32,000 nucleotides of DNA from Corynebacterium amycolatum (GTDB taxonomy: Bacteria > Actinomycetota > Actinomycetes > Mycobacteriales > Mycobacteriaceae): the NCBI RefSeq assembly GCF_049243625.1, contig NZ_CP046975.1, one strand, 5' to 3'. Under the pieces are notes generated by a model that was not told the DNA's origin, made no database searches, and saw only the letters and a program-made list of their open reading frames with translations. The first letter of the stretch is position 1. Each line of letters begins with the position of its first letter. Made by a program: the position numbers and the translations under genes. This document shows positions 19,172 through 28,404 of the stretch, piece by piece.

Positions 19172-20394
19172 GTCAGAAACTTCGCGTCGTCGGCATTGGC
19201 TGTGACGGTTACGAGGGTCTATCTGCCCGCGCGGTCGAGGCGCTGTCGTCGGCACGCCGCATCATTGGCTCTCCCCGTCAGCTCCATTTGCTTGCCGACG
19301 TCAACCTGGACGCCGAGCTCTCTCCTTGGCCCAGTGGCTTCTGGACGGACTGGCAGGTCACCCTGGCAGATATTGACCCTTTAGTCGACGTCATCCTCGC
19401 CAGTGGCGATCCCATGTTCCACGGCGTAGGCGTATCGCTTGTCCGCGAGCTCGGCCGCGGTGGCGTGGAGGTTATTCCAGTACCGTCGTCGGCCTCATTG
19501 GCCTGTGCCTACCTCGGCTGGCCTTTGCATGACACTCCGGTGATCTCTCTAGTAACAGGGGAGCCGGGGATACCTGGTGCTGCACGTGTTGTGCCGGTAG
19601 CAGATGCACTGCGGCCCTTCCTGGTGCTGTGCCGAAACGCGGACTCAGTGAAAGAGGTCGCTACGGTTTTGGCCGGCCGCCCAGACACCAAGCTCACCGC
19701 GCTGACCAATCTCGGCGGCACGGAAGCTACAGGGCTGCTGGAGTCCGTTGCCGAAGGCACGGTGGCGACCCCACCGGTTCCAGCTGGCAACCTCACGGTG
19801 CTGGCGGTGGAGCCGTCGGGAAGCGCGCGCGGCTGGCTGCGCGACGGTGACTTTGATTCGGACGGCCAGCTGACGAAGGCACCGATTCGCCAAATGACCG
19901 TCGCCGCGTTGGATCCTCGGCCGGGAGCTCTGTTGTGGGATGTCGGCGGTGGCACGGGGTCGATTGGCATTGAGTGGGCTCGGCACGGCGGGCGCGCAGA
20001 AATTTTTGAGCGCGATGCTGTTCGTGCAGAGCGAATTGCTAAGAATGTGGCGAACCTGTCGGGCAATGTGACTGTCCACCACGGCGCAGCGCCGGGAGCT
20101 TTGGCTGACTCGAATCTTCGCCCCGATGCCATTTTCATCGGCGGAGGCCTCACTGCTGACGGCATGCTTGAGGCCTGTTGGCAACGCCTTGCCCCGGGTG
20201 GCACCATCGTCGCGAACGCCGTGACGCTGGAATCGGAGGCTCTGCTGTGGCAGGCACGTCGCGACTATGGCGGGGATGTCACCCGGCTTTCTGTAGAGCG
20301 CGCAGGTGCAGTCGGCACTTTCACTGCGTGGCGGCCGGCGTTGCCGGTGGTGCAGTGGGTAGCGCTGAAGCCAGTAGAGCCTGCGCTACCATAG
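19168..20394 (+). CDS. cobL: Precorrin-6Y C5,15-methyltransferase (decarboxylating), fused CbiE/CbiT
   Basis: The N-terminal half is tetrapyrrole-methylase-like (LRVVGIGCDG...ILASGDPMFHG). The C-terminal half is a SAM-dependent methyltransferase (LWDVGGGTGSIGIEWA). The ATG at 19168 overlaps the SDR stop; the ORF opens at 19150. Confidence 0.9.
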   Translation: MSQKLRVVGIGCDGYEGLSARAVEALSSARRIIGSPRQLHLLADVNLDAELSPWPSGFWTDWQVTLADIDPLVDVILASGDPMFHGVGVSLVRELGRGGVEVIPVPSSASLACAYLGWPLHDTPVISLVTGEPGIPGAARVVPVADALRPFLVLCRNADSVKEVATVLAGRPDTKLTALTNLGGTEATGLLESVAEGTVATPPVPAGNLTVLAVEPSGSARGWLRDGDFDSDGQLTKAPIRQMTVAALDPRPGALLWDVGGGTGSIGIEWARHGGRAEIFERDAVRAERIAKNVANLSGNVTVHHGAAPGALADSNLRPDAIFIGGGLTADGMLEACWQRLAPGGTIVANAVTLESEALLWQARRDYGGDVTRLSVERAGAVGTFTAWRPALPVVQWVALKPVEPALP

Positions 20395-20439
20395 ACGTAA
20401 TTTCTCTGTCTAAAAATATTGAGGACTCTGTAACCCACA

Positions 20440-21213
20440 ATGACTGTGTATTTCATCGGTGCAGGCCCGGGCGCAGCAGATTTGCTGACGCTGCGCGCGG
20501 ACCGGCTTATTCGCTCCTGCCCAGTGTGCCTTTACGCGGGATCGATTGTCCCGCCTGAGGTGCTGGAGAGCTGCCCCGAGGGCGCAGAGATTATCAATAC
20601 CGCGCGAATGCCGCTGGACACCATCATCGAGACCATTCAGGCGGCGCATGAGGCGGGCAAGGATGTTGCACGCTTGCAGTCTGGTGACCCGTCAGTGTGG
20701 TCGGCGCTGGCAGAGCAGGTCCGTCGTCTCAGCGAACTCGGCATTGACTACGAAATCGTTCCGGGTGTGCCAGCTTTTTCCGCAGCTGCGGCAGCTCTCG
20801 GCCACGAGCTCACGGTGCCAACTGTCGGCCAGTCGGTCGTGCTGACCCGTATCTCCGGGCGTGCTTCCAAGATGCCGGAGGGCGAAACCTTGGAGAACTT
20901 CGGACGCACGGGCGCGACCCTATGCATTCACTTGGCCGCCCACGATATCGACCGAGTAGTCGAGGAGCTCACCCCGCACTATGGCGAACACGGTCCGGTG
21001 GCCGTCGTGGCTTTCGCATCCCGCCCGGAACAGGTTATTCTCCGTGGCACGCTGTCTGATATTGCGCAGCAGGTCAAGGATGCAGGTGTGACTCGTACGG
21101 CGGTCATCATTGTCGGCAAGGTGCTCACCGCCGAGGCGTTCCCGGATAGCTACCTCTACAGCGATGATCGCCCGCGCGATGAACACGGACGGACCATTCC
21201 ATGCGTGCACTAA
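20440..21213 (+). CDS. cobM: Precorrin-4 C11-methyltransferase
   Basis: [27 protein letters not shown] and [17 protein letters not shown] are class III tetrapyrrole methylase motifs. The size is typical of CobM/CbiF. Confidence 0.9.
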   Translation: MTVYFIGAGPGAADLLTLRADRLIRSCPVCLYAGSIVPPEVLESCPEGAEIINTARMPLDTIIETIQAAHEAGKDVARLQSGDPSVWSALAEQVRRLSELGIDYEIVPGVPAFSAAAAALGHELTVPTVGQSVVLTRISGRASKMPEGETLENFGRTGATLCIHLAAHDIDRVVEELTPHYGEHGPVAVVAFASRPEQVILRGTLSDIAQQVKDAGVTRTAVIIVGKVLTAEAFPDSYLYSDDRPRDEHGRTIPCVH

Positions 21214-21941
21214 TTCTGGGTGGAACTGCTGAGGCTCGTGCCCTGGCCAAGCGGCTAGTGGGCGAGGGCTGGTTTGTCACCTCTTCACTGGCCGGTCGCG
21301 TATCCAACCCCAAGCTGCCCGCCGGCAATGTCCGCATCGGCGGTTTCGGCGGCCCTGCGGGGCTCACGCGATGGCTGATCGCCGATGCCACCGAAGTCAT
21401 CATCGACGCCACGCATCCTTATGCGGAGCGAATCAGCGAATCTGCCGCTGAAGCTGCCCGCGCCACCGGTCTTCCGCTCGTGGCGCTGCATCGCCCTGCG
21501 TGGGAGAGGCAGCCCGGCGACAACTGGATTGAGGTGTCCTCTATGCAGGAGGCCGCGGACATTGTTGCCGACCGCTTCTACAGCCCGTTTCTCACTATTG
21601 GCCGTCAGCAGCTAGCTCCGTTTGCCGACGATGCCAACGGCCGTTACCTCATTCGCTGCGTGGAACAGCCCGCGCCGCCACTGCCCAAGAATCGGAAGAT
21701 TATTCTCAGCCGTGGGCCTTACGATGTCGCAGCGGAGCGCAAGCTCATGCGGGATTACGCCGTGGACTGCGTGGTGACCAAGAACTCCGGTGGTGCTGCT
21801 ACCTACGCCAAGATTGAGGCAGCCCGCGACCTGAAAAAGCCGGTCGTTATCGTGCAGCGCCCGCAGCTGCCCGGCGCGGATATCGCCACCGTCGCCACAA
21901 CGGTGGATGAGGCGTACAACGCCGTCATCCGCCGGGCATAG
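21201..21941 (+). CDS. cobK: Precorrin-6A reductase
   Basis: [16 protein letters not shown] at the N-terminus and VVTKNSGG near the C-terminus are typical of CobK/CbiJ. It overlaps cobM by 13 nt. Confidence 0.88.
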   Translation: MRALILGGTAEARALAKRLVGEGWFVTSSLAGRVSNPKLPAGNVRIGGFGGPAGLTRWLIADATEVIIDATHPYAERISESAAEAARATGLPLVALHRPAWERQPGDNWIEVSSMQEAADIVADRFYSPFLTIGRQQLAPFADDANGRYLIRCVEQPAPPLPKNRKIILSRGPYDVAAERKLMRDYAVDCVVTKNSGGAATYAKIEAARDLKKPVVIVQRPQLPGADIATVATTVDEAYNAVIRRA

Positions 21942-21965
21942 CGGCTAATTCTAGTGTGACCTAAA

Positions 21966-22271
21966 TTACCGCACGGGCTGCCACTCTGTTTGCTCAGTGG
22001 GAACTTGCTCGATTCCACCAGAAGGACTCAATATCAGCCATGCGACAAACATAGCGATTGCTAGGAAAACAGAAATTAATGTGAAAATAATCCATCGGCG
22101 ACGATATTCATCCTCGGCTTTTTTGGCCTCGAATAGCCCATAAATTCCAGTAAGAAATGGAATTGGGAATGCGATAAAAACGCCGGCCAGAAAAAGAATG
22201 ACAGCAATAATCTGAAATCCCCAGTCAATTATTCCCGGCACTCTTTTATCCTTAGCACCTTTCGCTTGCAT
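21966..22271 (-). CDS. Small hypothetical membrane protein (~101 aa, about two TM segments)
   Basis: I use the internal ATG (MQAKGAKDKRVPG...) of ORF 21966..22358. Hydrophobic stretches are WGFQIIAVILFLAGVFIAFPIPFLTGIYGLF and WIIFTLISVFLAIAMFVAWLIL. I recognise no family. It lies in the AT-rich island. Confidence 0.5.
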   Translation of the reverse strand: MQAKGAKDKRVPGIIDWGFQIIAVILFLAGVFIAFPIPFLTGIYGLFEAKKAEDEYRRRWIIFTLISVFLAIAMFVAWLILSPSGGIEQVPTEQTEWQPVR

Positions 22272-22551
22272 TATATTCTCCAGATGGTCGAATAGTCGCT
22301 GAGATACAGACCGTCCTTTGACCTGCCCCAATGCCGTCAACCACAATGGACTGCTCAAAGTTCTCCGAAGTTCGCACGAACCAACCTGCCCCTACAGCAT
22401 ACGAAGCTGGATTCGAGGCCGAACCCCTATACGACCATGTAGGAGTACTGGTTTCCCCACCGTGATCAAGAACTTTGACATTCTTAATCTTTTTACCTGG
22501 GGTTCCGCAGATTTCAACAGTCTGCCAGTAAGTGTATAGGGTGTTACCCAT
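22252..22551 (-). CDS. Hypothetical protein (99 aa); possibly the C-terminal part of a disrupted secreted protein
   Basis: ORF MGNTLYTYWQTVEICGTPG... It is in the same frame as ORF 22639..22908, and the 29 codons upstream of its ATG are stop-free back to that ORF's TAG. I recognise no family. Confidence 0.4.
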   Translation of the reverse strand: MGNTLYTYWQTVEICGTPGKKIKNVKVLDHGGETSTPTWSYRGSASNPASYAVGAGWFVRTSENFEQSIVVDGIGAGQRTVCISATIRPSGEYNASERC

Positions 22552-22638
22552 AACAGCCTTTTGCTCAAACCGGGCACCATCCTTTCGGCAGTAGTCAGCC
22601 TCGCCCTGCGCAAAAAGCGTCGTTGAAAGATTCGACGG

Positions 22639-22908
22639 CTATGACAATCGTTTTACAATCAACTCACCCGGAGTTGTATAGGCTCGCAGAAGGCTTTTTT
22701 GATGGTTATCCAACTCCGCCATCGAAAGGCGACCTTCATCAATCGCCCTATAAAGTGATTCAGCCTGAGCCGCCACGGGACGTGCAGGTTCCTCAGCGCT
22801 AGCAACGGGTGAAAAGATGATACCTGCTAAAATAAGGGCAGATTCCACTAGAAGAAGTTTTTTCCTATCACCTAAACCTCCTTTTATGTCAGTGATTGCC
22901 CCGAGCAT
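22639..22908 (-). CDS. Hypothetical small secreted protein (89 aa); possibly the N-terminal part of a disrupted gene
   Basis: The Sec-like signal RKKLLLVESALILAGIIFSPVASA/EEP is followed by a short helical-looking region. It ends at a TAG that is in frame with the next ORF. Confidence 0.45.
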   Translation of the reverse strand: MLGAITDIKGGLGDRKKLLLVESALILAGIIFSPVASAEEPARPVAAQAESLYRAIDEGRLSMAELDNHQKSLLRAYTTPGELIVKRLS

Positions 22909-23143
22909 AACACTGGAATCGAGCCACGCTTAGAAATATCTCCCGATTAAATAAGTAGCCCCGCTAAGAAAGGGGTAAACAAAAGTGGTAGTCATTTAAG
23001 CAAATAGAACCGTATTTGACCCTGGCCGCTAAATCTCAATTCGGCAATATCACTTTTACGCGTTTGGCAGCCGCGCGAATAATCTTTCTTTTCATTCGTG
23101 CACCGATATTTAATAGCTCAGATGTGTGCTGGAAATTCCAGAA

Positions 23144-24754
23144 CTAACGCAGCAACTCGCCTGTCCCGCTGGTGCCGCCCTCACCGTAGTGACGTGCGGT
23201 GTAGACCCGAGTGGTCTTGCCAGCCCGATACGCTTTTGTCGACGACGAACCGATAATCACCATTGTTCGCATATCGACGACGTCCGGATCGAACTCCGCC
23301 AACGTGGTCACGGTGACGTTTTCCTGCTCCGAGCCGACTGCCCGCGCCACAATCACAGGCGTTGTTGTGGCGCGGTACTCCATGGCCAATGCACGCAGCT
23401 CTCGGATCTGCCATCTCCGCGACTTGGATGCCGGGTTGTAGACCGCAAACGCCATGTCTGCTCCGGCTACGGCACGCACTCGCTTAACGACGACCTCCCA
23501 GGGCTTCAACCTGTCGGAGAGACTGAGCATCGCAAAATCATGGCCAAGGGGAGCACCGACTCGACTAGCGACCGCCTGAGCCGCAGTCATGCCCGGCACG
23601 ACTCGCACGGGGATGCCTCGCCACATATCGTCGTCAGCGACTTCCAACACTGCGGCCGCCATCGCGAAGACTCCAGGGTCACCGGAGCTGACCACCGCAA
23701 CTCGACCGCCGCGCTTGGCAATATCCAGCGCCATAGTGGCTCGCTCTGCCTCAACGCGGTTATCTGAGAGATGACGGCGTTGCCCGGCGCGCTCAGGAAC
23801 TCGGTTGATGTAGGTGGAGTAGCCAACCAGATCCGTGGCCCGTGCCAATTCCTCGGTGACTTCTGGGGTAGTCCAGCGTTCAGCACCCGGGCCAAGGCCG
23901 ACAACTACGACTTCACCGACCGCTGGGGGAGCCGACTCAGTTGCTGTATCGGTGGCTGCACCGGTCGCTGCATCATCGGCTGGCGAAGGCACCCCAGAAA
24001 CACTCCGTTTAGTGCCGTAGACAGCGGAAGGCACGACGGCCACTGCGAAGTAGGGAACCTTCTCCGGGTCGGCATCGGCCAGCGGGTAGCTGGTGTGCTC
24101 ATTCATGGTTGCTCGCTCGACAACATAGGCGCGATCGAGCATGCCAGCGGCCTGCAACGCTGTACGAACCTTCTCAACGTTTTTCCCCAGCTTCATAATG
24201 ACTACACAGTCTGAAGCGTCAAGAACCGCAGCGATCCGCTCGGAATCGGCGGTGGCGGGAACAACGCTGACGATTTCGGTAGCCTCGCCGAGCGGCTGAC
24301 CGATCTCTGCTGCCGCCGCAGTAATGCTGGCCACTCCGGGGACAATCTCAGTGGGGAAGTCCTCGCTGAGGGCGTGATGCAGGTGCTGGTAAGAGCTATA
24401 GAGCATCGGGTCACCGAGCGAAAGCACTGCAACACTTCGCCCCTGGGCCAAGTGCTTGTGCAGGCGAGCAGTGGCCTCTGCATAGAAACCGGCGAGCTGC
24501 TCGCGGTAGTCGGCCGGGCGCCCGGTGGTCACCGGGTATTGCAATTGCTCTTCCACGGCAGCGTCGTCACGCGCGTCAATCAGTTCAGCGGCGATTGAAC
24601 GCGCCGTGGAACGTCCGTGAGTTCCGGCATGGTAGGCGATGACATCGGCTGTGCGGATGATGTCGGCACCGCGAAGTGTAATGAGACCTGCGTCGCCGGG
24701 GCCGAGTCCGATGCCGTAGAGATGACCAGGCTGAGCGCTGTAGGAGCCGGACAT
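23144..24754 (-). CDS. cobIJ: Fused precorrin-2 C20-methyltransferase / precorrin-3B C17-methyltransferase (CobI-CobJ)
   Basis: Two tetrapyrrole-methylase modules: N-terminal LYGIGLGPGDAGLITLRG...LSLGDPMLYS and C-terminal VVVVGLGPG...VVSSGDPGVFAMA. They are joined by an A/T/D-rich linker. The fusion matches Rv2066. Confidence 0.9.
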   Translation of the reverse strand: MSGSYSAQPGHLYGIGLGPGDAGLITLRGADIIRTADVIAYHAGTHGRSTARSIAAELIDARDDAAVEEQLQYPVTTGRPADYREQLAGFYAEATARLHKHLAQGRSVAVLSLGDPMLYSSYQHLHHALSEDFPTEIVPGVASITAAAAEIGQPLGEATEIVSVVPATADSERIAAVLDASDCVVIMKLGKNVEKVRTALQAAGMLDRAYVVERATMNEHTSYPLADADPEKVPYFAVAVVPSAVYGTKRSVSGVPSPADDAATGAATDTATESAPPAVGEVVVVGLGPGAERWTTPEVTEELARATDLVGYSTYINRVPERAGQRRHLSDNRVEAERATMALDIAKRGGRVAVVSSGDPGVFAMAAAVLEVADDDMWRGIPVRVVPGMTAAQAVASRVGAPLGHDFAMLSLSDRLKPWEVVVKRVRAVAGADMAFAVYNPASKSRRWQIRELRALAMEYRATTTPVIVARAVGSEQENVTVTTLAEFDPDVVDMRTMVIIGSSSTKAYRAGKTTRVYTARHYGEGGTSGTGELLR

Positions 24755-24757
24755 GGT

Positions 24758-25408
24758 TTAGAGAATCTCCTTTGCGGTGGCGATGGCATTGAGGGCAGCA
24801 CAGGTGATAGCCGAGCCACCACGACGGCCGGTGACGGTGATGTACTTCAGCTCCGGGTTTTCGGCACCGGAGTCGATTGTGGCCTGCTTGGATTCCGCCG
24901 CACCAACGAAGCCGACCGGCATGGCCAAAATGGCAGCGGGCATGGGGAAGGATCCCTCATTGATGCGGTTGAGCAGGTGGAAGAGGGCAGTGGGAGCGTT
25001 GCCGATGGCGACGACCGCGCCCTCGAGGCGAGGCTTCCACAGCTCCACGGCAGCAGCAGTGCGAGTGGTGCCGAGTTCTTGAGCCAGTTCGGGGACGCGC
25101 TCATCACGCAGTAGGCAGATGACTTCGTTGTCAACAGGTAGGCGCTTGCGGGTAATGCCCGAGGCGATCATGTTGACATCGGTGAAGATAGGAGCGCCAT
25201 CCTCGAGAGCCCGGCGCGCTGCACGCACAGTCCCCGGGGAAAAGACGATGTCCTTAGCCAAATCGGTCTGACCTGCTGCGTGAATCATGCGGACGGCGAC
25301 GGTTTCCTCATCGGCGTCGAAGCGGGAAAGGTCGCTTTCCTCGCGGATGATGGCAAATGAGTTGCGGTAAATATCCGCACCGTCGGTGTTGTACTCAAAG
25401 CGCTTCAT
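24758..25408 (-). CDS. cobH: Precorrin-8X methylmutase
   Basis: Motifs RMIHAAG, IGNAPTALFHLL and VGFVGAAESK are diagnostic of CobH/CbiC. The length is 216 aa. Confidence 0.92.
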   Translation of the reverse strand: MKRFEYNTDGADIYRNSFAIIREESDLSRFDADEETVAVRMIHAAGQTDLAKDIVFSPGTVRAARRALEDGAPIFTDVNMIASGITRKRLPVDNEVICLLRDERVPELAQELGTTRTAAAVELWKPRLEGAVVAIGNAPTALFHLLNRINEGSFPMPAAILAMPVGFVGAAESKQATIDSGAENPELKYITVTGRRGGSAITCAALNAIATAKEIL

Positions 25409-25419
25409 AGGCTTAAAGC

Positions 25420-26595
25420 CTAGTCCACAGCAGTGACTTCGTATTCTCCGTCCCCGGTGGCGAGATAGTCGAAGTAACCACCCTTGGGTTTGCCACAGCG
25501 GCGCTCACAACCGGAGAAGTGCACGCGCCCCTCGGGCAGTCGGCCATCGGCAATTGCGTGGGCAGCATCGCCGCGCGTATCAGCCAGCGACTTTTCGCAA
25601 CCGGGGCGACCGGTGCAGGCACTGACGCGCAGCCAGGTGGACTTTCGGTCGAAGATTAGACCATTCGGTGCCAATACCTTAACGACCTGTTCAGCAACTT
25701 CCTCTTCCAAATCATGCAGAATCAGCGAGTACCACGGAGTGATGTGCACGGGAACCTGCGTATGCGAAATCGCTCGGGCCAGACGTGCCGGAAGTACCCC
25801 AAAGCGCAGCCCCGCGGCCAGGCTAACCAGCCCATCCGGCTGGTCAATCCAACCGATCTGGCGGGATAGCCCGGCGGTGGCATCGAAGCTCTCAGCCGGG
25901 GTCGGTTCCTGGCGCCGAGCTCGCTCGCCTAGTTCCTCGATTACGGCATCGGCAACGCGGGCGGCCGCATCGGCTTCCGCGATGCGCCAGGCTGTACCAC
26001 GGCTGTCATTCCACACCTTCGCTGTGGTGATTAGAGCTCCCACGACGTCGTCACGCGAAACAATAAGCCCCGAGGTCGCGCCACCGATGATGAGTTCGAA
26101 CGTGCTCTCATCGTGGGCGACAACGCCGAAGTCAGGGCGCTCACCAAGTACGTCACCGCGACCGTCGTCGAAGGCCATGAGCGTACGACCAGGCAGTGTT
26201 GCAAGCGACGGCTCCGTAATGAGAGCCTTGTCGAACTCTTGAACCAGGTCGCGGACATCGGCCTTGCCGCCGACGCGACCGGACAGTGGCGACTGAAGAA
26301 CGTTGCGCACGCGGTCGTGGCTCGTGGAGGGAACCAGCTTCTCTTCTTCTGCAGCATCAGCGAACGCGCCGGTATTGGTGATGCCACGGATCTGAACATT
26401 GCCGCGGGAAGTGAAGTGAATATCGCCGTCGCCGAAATTCTCGGCCAAATCGGCGAGTACGGCAAAGCCCGGCGCGGGGAGGAAGCCTCCGGGGAAGCGC
26501 AGGCGACCAATTGCGCCATCAGCTGCGATATGAACCTTTCGGGTGCCGGGGCAACCGTCCTGACGAGTGCGAGCTCCTTGATCAGATGCAGTCAT
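25420..26595 (-). CDS. cobG: Precorrin-3B synthase (oxygen-dependent, sulfite/nitrite-reductase-like)
   Basis: N-terminal DGCPGTRKVHIAADG and C-terminal cysteine clusters (SACTGRPGCEKS, VHFSGCERRCGKP). I use the ATG at 26593-26595 (MTASDQ...); the ORF also opens at a TTG at 26613. Confidence 0.88.
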   Translation of the reverse strand: MTASDQGARTRQDGCPGTRKVHIAADGAIGRLRFPGGFLPAPGFAVLADLAENFGDGDIHFTSRGNVQIRGITNTGAFADAAEEEKLVPSTSHDRVRNVLQSPLSGRVGGKADVRDLVQEFDKALITEPSLATLPGRTLMAFDDGRGDVLGERPDFGVVAHDESTFELIIGGATSGLIVSRDDVVGALITTAKVWNDSRGTAWRIAEADAAARVADAVIEELGERARRQEPTPAESFDATAGLSRQIGWIDQPDGLVSLAAGLRFGVLPARLARAISHTQVPVHITPWYSLILHDLEEEVAEQVVKVLAPNGLIFDRKSTWLRVSACTGRPGCEKSLADTRGDAAHAIADGRLPEGRVHFSGCERRCGKPKGGYFDYLATGDGEYEVTAVD

Positions 26596-26843
26596 ACTCT
26601 CAAGAATACGCAAACAAGCACAGAGCTGAGCCCCGAAAACAGGGGCTCATTATCCGGGCCTTTTCAGCCCAACGAAACCATTCTGAAGTGGAGTTTTGAT
26701 AGCCCCGTGCAAAAAACATCCAAATTCTTCACTAAATCCACCGATTTCCTTTTTCAAATCCTTATTATTTCTATAACCTAACTTCCGCCGAATTAAGGGA
26801 AGTCTTCATTGGGTTTTCAATCTGGGGTTATTCAGGAGATTTC

Positions 26844-28397
26844 ATGCCACATCACGACGCTGAAGCACTCACACACGGCACCGCCGGCATCGGCCATGCC
26901 TCAACACAGACGTGCGCTGCTTCACGACGAAACGGTCGCATAACCCGAACGGGAATCGGGGTAGCGCTTGCGGGTCTTATGACCATCGGCCTGGCTACAC
27001 CTGCAAACGCTCAGCCACTAAGCGTGCCGGGCCTGTCAGATAGTGGGCTGGCGGATAAAGTGTCGTCGTCAAGTGCAAACCGCGAATTGCCTGGTTTCGG
27101 TCATGTACCGAACCCGAATGTAGAGAGGCTACTCGGCATCGAGAAGGACGATGAGCAGTCTGGCAACGAGGGCACAGGCAGGCAGCTGACCCCGGAACAG
27201 GCACGCGTGGCCGCAGCCTCTCCGTTGAATTCTCTGCCGCTGACCCCGTCGCGCGCGGCGAATGCCGGCACGCTAGTCAACAGCGAGGATGCCGAGATGA
27301 TGGTGAACGACAAGCTGTGGAATGTGGATGCCAAGCGTATTCACTACAACTCCACGGATTCCCTCGGCAATCCCAGTGTGGACACTGCCATTGTGGTAAC
27401 TCCGAAAACGGAGTGGAAGGGCAGCGGTCCGCGTCCGGTCGTGGCGATCGCGCCGGGCACGCAAGGTGGCGCGGAAAAGTGCGACCCGTCGATCTCCTCG
27501 CAGACCGGGTTGAAGATTGAGTTCGGTCCGATGGACATTATTGCTCCATACGAGACGATTCCGATGGTTGCGAACTTGAAGCGAGGTGCGACTGTGGTGA
27601 TGATTGACCACCACCGCAATGACCAGGGCAACCAGGACTACGTCGACAATATCGCCTCGGCACAGTCACTGTTTGATGCCGTGTCTGCCTCCCACGAGCT
27701 AGGCGTGGATCAAAAGGCGCCCGTGGGAATCTATGGCTACTCCCAGGGTGGCTCCGCAGCCGCTGCAGCTGCTGAGCGTGCAGGTGTCTACGCCCCGGAG
27801 CTCAACGTCGCCGCTTCTGCCGCCGGCGGCCCGCCGTCCGACCTCGCAAACGTTCTCGACCAGATTGATGGTACGACCCTGACCGCTGCGATTGCATTGG
27901 CAATCAACTCTGTCCTGGATAAAGATCCGGAGCTGCGCCGTGTCCTCAAAGAAGAAATCAGCCCTGAAGGCAAAGAACTGCTGGACAACGTTGGCAACTA
28001 CTGCGCGGGCGGCTTGGGTTTCCATCACTCGTTTGAGACCACTGACCAGTACACCACCAGCGGTGAGTCGCTCAGTGAGATGATTAAGCGCTACGAGCCG
28101 GTGCAGAAGGAACTCGCACGCCAGCGCGTCGGCAATTTCGTACCGAATGCCCCGGTGTACCTCTACTCAGGTGAGCACGATGACATCATCCCCATCAACC
28201 AGGTCCGCAAGCTACGTGATGCTTGGCTGAATCTCGGGTTCACCGACCTGGAGTACGTCGAAAACACGACTTCGCCTCTGCTGCCGAAGACAGGCCTAAA
28301 CCATATCGTTCCCATGCTCGCGGAACTGACTAATGCCACCGACTTCCTCTGGTCCCACTTCCCAGATCAGCCTGCGGAGCAGTCGCTGGAACTCTAG
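26844..28397 (+). CDS. Secretory lipase, LIP family (alpha/beta hydrolase)
   Basis: The N-terminal region has SRRNGRI followed by the hydrophobic GIGVALAGLMTIGLATPANA/QP, which is a Tat or Sec signal. The nucleophile elbow GIYGYSQGG and the overall size and layout are typical of actinobacterial LIP lipases. Confidence 0.8.
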   Translation: MPHHDAEALTHGTAGIGHASTQTCAASRRNGRITRTGIGVALAGLMTIGLATPANAQPLSVPGLSDSGLADKVSSSSANRELPGFGHVPNPNVERLLGIEKDDEQSGNEGTGRQLTPEQARVAAASPLNSLPLTPSRAANAGTLVNSEDAEMMVNDKLWNVDAKRIHYNSTDSLGNPSVDTAIVVTPKTEWKGSGPRPVVAIAPGTQGGAEKCDPSISSQTGLKIEFGPMDIIAPYETIPMVANLKRGATVVMIDHHRNDQGNQDYVDNIASAQSLFDAVSASHELGVDQKAPVGIYGYSQGGSAAAAAAERAGVYAPELNVAASAAGGPPSDLANVLDQIDGTTLTAAIALAINSVLDKDPELRRVLKEEISPEGKELLDNVGNYCAGGLGFHHSFETTDQYTTSGESLSEMIKRYEPVQKELARQRVGNFVPNAPVYLYSGEHDDIIPINQVRKLRDAWLNLGFTDLEYVENTTSPLLPKTGLNHIVPMLAELTNATDFLWSHFPDQPAEQSLEL

Positions 28398-28404
28398 CAA
28401 TAGA

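Noticed and set aside
17566-19255. Minus-strand ORFs of 263 aa (17566..18357) and 290 aa (18383..19255)
   Set aside because: They are antisense to the M24 peptidase and the SDR. Both plus-strand genes carry clear catalytic motifs (HGIGL...EEP; GATSEIGG and YxxxK), and the antisense translations have none.
23113-23127. Palindrome CTGGAA-A-TTCCAG just downstream of the cobIJ stop
   Set aside because: The 6-bp arms have a 1-nt centre, which is too tight to form a terminator hairpin, and no U-tract follows. It may be a chance palindrome or a binding site, but I have no supporting evidence.
23126-23767. A 213-aa plus-strand ORF, plus the 252-aa ORF at 25484..26242 and the 222-aa ORF at 26113..26781
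   Set aside because: They are antisense to cobIJ and cobG, and their translations are R/S/C/H-rich or low-complexity with no family resemblance.
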